A stretch of DNA of 64,000 bases. Source: Candidatus Latescibacterota bacterium. Lineage in GTDB: Bacteria; Latescibacterota; UBA2968; GCA-2709665. The position numbers were made by a program, and so were the translations under genes. The notes beneath the pieces were generated by a model, which was not told the origin of the DNA, ran no database searches, and saw only the letters and a program-made list of their open reading frames with translations. This document shows, piece after piece, positions 59,332 to 64,000 of this stretch. The stretch covers positions 352,001-416,000 of the forward strand of contig OZ242180.1 of NCBI GenBank assembly GCA_965205485.1, written 5' to 3'. The stretch's first letter is position 1, and each line of letters starts with the position of its first letter.

Positions 59332-60681
59332 ATGGGCGCTTTACAGGCAGGCGCCGCCACGGCCAACATCACGCCCTGGCTGGGCGTGACCATTCCCGGA
59401 GGGCATCGGCCGGGATACGCGGAAGACGTCCACGACGAACTCCTGGCCAAGGCCCTCGTCCTGGACAACGGCCATACCCGCGTCGCCTTCATCACCTGCG
59501 ATCTCATCGCCATGCCGCGGAATATCGCGGACCGCGCGAGGCAGCGCGTGGCGCAGCGGTGCGGCATCCCGATCGAAAACACGATGATCAATGCGACCCA
59601 CACACACAGTGGGGGCGGCATCGCCGACTTGCTGGGTACGGACGGCGATTCTGACTATATCGAATGGCTCCACCTCAAGATCGCGGACGCGGCAGAACTC
59701 GCGTGCCGTCGCATGTACCCCGCCCGAATCGGCTTCGCAAGCGTGGAGGAAGACCGCATCGCATTCAATCGCCGCTGGCGGATGAAGGACGGGACCGTGC
59801 GGATGAACCCGGGGGTGGCCGACCCGAACCTGATCGAACCCTCGGGCCCCACTGACCCGGAACTCGCAATGTTCTACGTGGAGGACCTGAACGGCAATCC
59901 GCTGTCGGCCGTTGCCAGTTACTCCCTGCACTACATCGGCGCCGGAGGTGGCATCTCGGCGGATTACTTCGGGCACTTCTTCAGGCTGATGCGCCGTTAT
60001 CTGGGCGGCGAATGCGTCCCCCTGCTGTGGAACGCCGCGTCCGGCCAGATCAACAATATCGACTTCAGCGGGCGCCGAAGGTGGAAGGACCGGGGCCACG
60101 CACACGCGAAGAAAATGGCCAACGTCCTGGCCGGTCACATGCTCACCGAAATCCAGCTGATGGATATGCAGGATAGTCTGGATCTCGCGGCCGCTACCGG
60201 TTCGTTCCATTTCTCGCCCAGAACGATCACGCCCGAAGACCTGGAAATGGCCGAAAGGATCCTTGCCTCGCCTGGCGAAATGCCGGAATACGACGAAGGC
60301 CCCTTCAGCTGGGTTGTGGGCCAACCCATCCCGCGGTCCATCGTGGATATATACGCCATGGAATGCCAACGCCTGGCGAAGCTCCCGTCCAGAATGAGCG
60401 CCCAGGTGCAGGCATTCAGACTCGACGACGCCGCCATCGTTGCGCTTCCGGGCGAGGTTTTCGTTGAATCGGGCCTGGGTATCAAGTCGCGGACGTCCGC
60501 CAGTCCTGTCTTTATCACCAGCCTTGCCAACGGCTACATCGGCTATATCTGTACCGACAGAGCCCTTACCGAGGAGGGCGGATACGAAACCTGGGCGGCC
60601 AACTCCTCTCTGGGCGGCGTGGGCACGGCCCCGGCCATGGAGACCCTCGCAGACGACCTGCTGGCGCAACTGTTCGGATAA
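59332..60681 (+). CDS. neutral/alkaline ceramidase N-terminal-like hydrolase
   Basis: ITP, VHDELLAKALVL, NATHTHSG, FNRR, LPGEVF, ANGYIGY. Confidence 0.75.
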   Translation: MGALQAGAATANITPWLGVTIPGGHRPGYAEDVHDELLAKALVLDNGHTRVAFITCDLIAMPRNIADRARQRVAQRCGIPIENTMINATHTHSGGGIADLLGTDGDSDYIEWLHLKIADAAELACRRMYPARIGFASVEEDRIAFNRRWRMKDGTVRMNPGVADPNLIEPSGPTDPELAMFYVEDLNGNPLSAVASYSLHYIGAGGGISADYFGHFFRLMRRYLGGECVPLLWNAASGQINNIDFSGRRRWKDRGHAHAKKMANVLAGHMLTEIQLMDMQDSLDLAAATGSFHFSPRTITPEDLEMAERILASPGEMPEYDEGPFSWVVGQPIPRSIVDIYAMECQRLAKLPSRMSAQVQAFRLDDAAIVALPGEVFVESGLGIKSRTSASPVFITSLANGYIGYICTDRALTEEGGYETWAANSSLGGVGTAPAMETLADDLLAQLFG

Positions 60682-60870
60682 AAAAGCCGCCGCGTCGAGG
60701 TGTCAGCGAAGAGGTGGGCTCAGCGTTTTGACAATGGCTATCGCAATACATGTCACTCTGAGCGAGATCGAAAATTCCTTATCAAAACGTGGTCATTGAG
60801 CTTGTCGAAATGCCCGTATTGCGGCGTCCCCTGGACATCTCTCGCGAGCATCGGGGTCCAACCGAAGACC

Positions 60871-60895
60871 GGGCAGACAGGAATGTCCGCCCCAC
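60871..60895 (-). repeat. REP-like palindrome (inverted copy)
   Basis: Reverse complement of GTGGGGCGGACATTCCTGTCTGCCC. Confidence 0.75.
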
Positions 60896-60906
60896 CTTCA
60901 CACACT

Positions 60907-60945
60907 AAAACCCCGTCGCATTCTCTGCCTGCGACGGGGTTTTTT
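60907..60945. terminator. bidirectional intrinsic terminator
   Basis: AAAA-CCCCGTCGCA-N9-TGCGACGGGG-TTTTTT between convergent genes. Confidence 0.8.
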
Positions 60946-61010
60946 CGAAGGTTATTGACGGGTACGATTTCCGGCGAACCTGTTCTTATGAGCGCGGTCG
61001 AGGCGTCCCC

Positions 61011-62120
61011 TTATTCAATCACCTCCCGCATCGCTGTCACCGCATCCAGACGTTCCTGCACCGGATCGAACCCCACGCCGGGCGTTTCGTCCAGTACGAC
61101 ATTGCAGCTTTCGTCCTGTTCGACCCATCGATCCGTAATGTCCTCAGCGTAGAATTTGGAAGAGGGAAACACGTCCGCCGGATAGGTGAATCCCGGCAGC
61201 GTTCCCAGCGCAGCGCAGATACCCGCACCCACCCCGCTTTCCAGCATCCCGCCAACCCACGCCGGCATCCCAGCGTCTCGCGCCATATTGTGAATCCGCA
61301 CCGCGTTGTACAACCCGCCAACGCGTCCCGGCTTTACGTTGATCACGCGGCAGGCGTCGATTTTCAGCGCCAGCTCGAAGTCGCGGGGGCGCGTGACCGA
61401 TTCATCCAGACACACCGGCGTCTCGATCCGACGCTGCAACTCGGCGTGGTCGATGAGATCCGTATGGTCCAGGGGCTGTTCGATCATCGCCAGGTTGAAC
61501 CGGTCGAAAGCCGCCAGCGTATCAAAATCCGCCTCCAGGTCGTATCCGGAGTTGCAGTCCACGTGAATCACGGGACCGGGAAAGGCCGACCTCACGGCTT
61601 CCAGCATCTCAATATCCCATCCGTGCTTCACCTTCAGCTTGATCCGCGGAAAGCCCGCGTCCACGGCGCCCTGGATCAGCGCGAGAAGCTCGTCTATCGT
61701 ATCCTGGACCCCGAAATCGGCTCCGCACCGCACCACCGGCTCATCCGCCCCCAGCGCGCGCCACAGCGGGACGCCTTTCAACTTGCTGTCGAGCGCCCAC
61801 CAGGCCGTTTCCACCGCGGCTTTGGAGAACGGATTCCCCTTGAAGATCGACAGCCGATTCAGTACCTCTTCGGCGGAATCCAGAGTATGGCCCACGATCC
61901 GCGGCAGAAAGAACTCCCGGGCCGTCACATATAAGGACCGCGCGGATTCGGGCGAATAGGTGGGGGCGTAGAACGGCGCCGCCTCGCCCCAGGCCTCTGC
62001 CCCGTCGCCGCACAGTCTGACCATCACGGAATGTATCGACGCGTCCTCGCCGTATGCGGTCCGCCACGGCGATATCAGCGGCAGTTCGACGTATCTGATC
62101 TCGGCAGAATCGATCTTCAC
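61011..62120 (-). CDS. o-succinylbenzoate synthase / N-acylamino acid racemase (NAAAR/OSBS subfamily)
   Basis: RIKLK, VDCN, MIEQP, CLDES, NVKPGRVGG, GGMLESGVG. Confidence 0.85.
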   Translation of the reverse strand: MKIDSAEIRYVELPLISPWRTAYGEDASIHSVMVRLCGDGAEAWGEAAPFYAPTYSPESARSLYVTAREFFLPRIVGHTLDSAEEVLNRLSIFKGNPFSKAAVETAWWALDSKLKGVPLWRALGADEPVVRCGADFGVQDTIDELLALIQGAVDAGFPRIKLKVKHGWDIEMLEAVRSAFPGPVIHVDCNSGYDLEADFDTLAAFDRFNLAMIEQPLDHTDLIDHAELQRRIETPVCLDESVTRPRDFELALKIDACRVINVKPGRVGGLYNAVRIHNMARDAGMPAWVGGMLESGVGAGICAALGTLPGFTYPADVFPSSKFYAEDITDRWVEQDESCNVVLDETPGVGFDPVQERLDAVTAMREVIE

Positions 62121-62284
62121 GGAGCGAACCTTTCCAAATGCCGGGTTTCATTGGCTGATGACATTCGTATTCGAGCGCGCAGGTTGCCCGAGGTTCTGGT
62201 TTTGGGTATATTGGGCGACAGTCGAATGTTGCAAAGTCTCAAGGTTGTGAACAAATCGTGGAGACCCCGATGGACGATACGAAC

Positions 62285-62566
62285 ATGGACGTAAGAGAAG
62301 CCGCACAAGTGGCGAAAGAATATCTGATAGACCTCTTCGACGGCGAGGGGATCACCAACGTCGGTCTCGAGGAAGTAGAGTTTGACGAGAATTCCTTTGA
62401 TTGGAGAATAACCGTCGGCTTTTCACGACCGTGGGACCAAAAGAATCCTCTAACCGCAGCGCTCGGTGAAGGACGCCCGGCGCGGTCCTATAAAGTCCTT
62501 CGAATCAACGACGAGGACGGCCGTGTCATATCGGTGAAGGAACGCGTCTTTGCGGCTTCGGAATAA
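62285..62566 (+). CDS. small acidic hypothetical protein, putative partner of the PIN protein
   Basis: MDVREAAQVAKEYLIDLF..GLEEVEFDE..WRITVGF; 4 bp before the PIN gene; start may be 62270. Confidence 0.75.
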   Translation: MDVREAAQVAKEYLIDLFDGEGITNVGLEEVEFDENSFDWRITVGFSRPWDQKNPLTAALGEGRPARSYKVLRINDEDGRVISVKERVFAASE

Positions 62567-62570
62567 GCCG

Positions 62571-63032
62571 ATGCCACGTACCGGGTTATTCATTGACGCG
62601 AATCTTCTTGTTCTGTTCGTCGTGGGTAGTGTCGACCATGAACTGATCCGCAAGCACCGTCGCCTTCGAGGATTCACCGCGGAAGATTACGAACGTTTGG
62701 TTAACATCATAGACCAGGTGGCGAGGGTATATGTAACGCCGAATACACTCACCGAGACATCCAATCTGCTCGCCCAACATGGAGAACCGGAGCGATCCCG
62801 CTTCTTCGACCGGCTCCGATTCGTCATAGACGAAAGCGAAGAAATCGTCGTTGCAAGCACCACCGCCGCGCACCGCACTGAGTTCAGACGACTTGGCCTC
62901 ACGGACGCCACATTGCTGGAAGTCGTTAGCGGGGAAACGCCGCTACTTACCGTCGATCTGGACCTTTATCTCGCCGCCATCGAAAAAGATCCGTCGTCCG
63001 CCTTTAACTTCACACATCTTCAGGATCTCTAA
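62571..63032 (+). CDS. PIN-domain (VapC-like) protein
   Basis: FIDANLL, TPNTLTE, GLTDA, LLTVD acidic residues of the PIN fold. Confidence 0.8.
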   Translation: MPRTGLFIDANLLVLFVVGSVDHELIRKHRRLRGFTAEDYERLVNIIDQVARVYVTPNTLTETSNLLAQHGEPERSRFFDRLRFVIDESEEIVVASTTAAHRTEFRRLGLTDATLLEVVSGETPLLTVDLDLYLAAIEKDPSSAFNFTHLQDL

Positions 63033-63108
63033 GACCAGATCGGCGGTGCGTTTCCTGCGGTCTTGCCCAGCATAACTCCAGCCAACGCCAGCTAACCCGT
63101 CCCCTCTC

Positions 63109-64000
63109 TCACAGCCAGTGCGCGAAGGGCCACAGGGTTGCCGAACGGGTGAAGCGCGCGTCCAGCAGCTTTTCGGGCGCTTCAACGGGGTCGTGGCCGT
63201 AACGGCGCACGAACTCCGCCTCGATTTTTCTCTCGAGTTCGGTGGGTTCACCCAGGGGCAGGTCGACCCAGGTACTTCCCCTACGCGCGCTTTCCCGCAC
63301 GGCAAGGCAGATTTCCCAGTCTTTCAGTGCGTTCTCGTGCCCGTACTGCGGCCGGCCGCCATTGGTAATCGCATTGTGAAAGCTGACGAGAATGCTCGCC
63401 TTGGCGACGTCGTCAGCCGAGCCGATTCGCCACTTTCTGTAAGGATTCTCCCATGAGACCGGCGGATCCGCTTCCACGTGCGCGACATCCAGAACGTCGC
63501 ATCCGTCGACTTCCACGTAGCGCTCCCGCAGAGCGTACGCCTGCGAAGATTTCTCGCCGTACAACACGAGTTGACTCTGGTCCAGGTATCCACGGGTCCC
63601 TTCCACGTGCCAGCCGGTGGGGAAACCCTGTGCCGGGGAAGGGAAGGCGCGCGGCGGCTTTTCGAAGAGGCAGGCGATACCGCCTTCGAACTCGACCACC
63701 GCGTGGTCCCACATCACCGTGGTCTCCGCCTCCCCGCCGTAGGCCTCGTACGGCAGCGCCGGCGCCTCTCCACAATAGCCCAACACCCGCTTCGCCTCTC
63801 TGTCTAACAACGTACGGACGCCGTTGAACCCGTGATATTGACCGGTCAGGTACCACAAGCGCGAATGCGTCAACTCACCCAGCAGGCCGGCCTCGATGAT
63901 TTTTCTCTTCAATCGCTCCCGCGGCCACAGCCACACCTGCTCCGCCACCTCCCAAAGCACGCCGTGTTCTTCGCACGTCCGCGCAACCGCCCTCGCGTAG
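63109..64000 (-). CDS. Gfo/Idh/MocA-like oxidoreductase, 5' end outside the window
   Basis: WEVAEQ, IIEAGLLGE, VEFEGG, HVEGTRG; frame open to the window edge. Confidence 0.65.
   Translation of the reverse strand, partial: YARAVARTCEEHGVLWEVAEQVWLWPRERLKRKIIEAGLLGELTHSRLWYLTGQYHGFNGVRTLLDREAKRVLGYCGEAPALPYEAYGGEAETTVMWDHAVVEFEGGIACLFEKPPRAFPSPAQGFPTGWHVEGTRGYLDQSQLVLYGEKSSQAYALRERYVEVDGCDVLDVAHVEADPPVSWENPYRKWRIGSADDVAKASILVSFHNAITNGGRPQYGHENALKDWEICLAVRESARRGSTWVDLPLGEPTELERKIEAEFVRRYGHDPVEAPEKLLDARFTRSATLWPFAHWL

Overview
GC-rich bacterial chromosome segment with no rRNA, tRNA or CRISPR detected. Core and metabolic genes include pyrC-carA, rsfS, mtnA, aroC, mutY, a lolC/E-like pair, rsgA, an M32 carboxypeptidase, phoX, lon and two catabolic clusters. 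They flank a ~20 kb accessory array (33.7-53.6 kb) in which four near-identical MNT-HEPN fusion genes are interleaved with six secreted zinc metalloproteases. All six proteases share an N-terminal signal peptide plus EF-hand/dockerin-like module. Four carry 11-18 variable internalin-type LRRs and a leishmanolysin (M8)-like domain; two carry a different HEXXH peptidase. The array shows sequence mosaicism, a recurring GGGTCGAAGC hairpin and REP-like palindromes at unit boundaries, and three of the four MNT-HEPN copies carry lesions. Also found: a SelW/Rdx-family selenoprotein (CxxU plus SECIS-like hairpin) missed by the ORF track, two MITE-like families, three heptamer-periodic inverted-repeat elements, a structured non-coding RNA candidate upstream of lon, and a PIN-domain toxin-antitoxin-like pair. 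The gene content suggests an FCB-group (Latescibacterota/Gemmatimonadota-like), possibly host-associated organism; this is inference only. All calls are by eye, with no database searches run.
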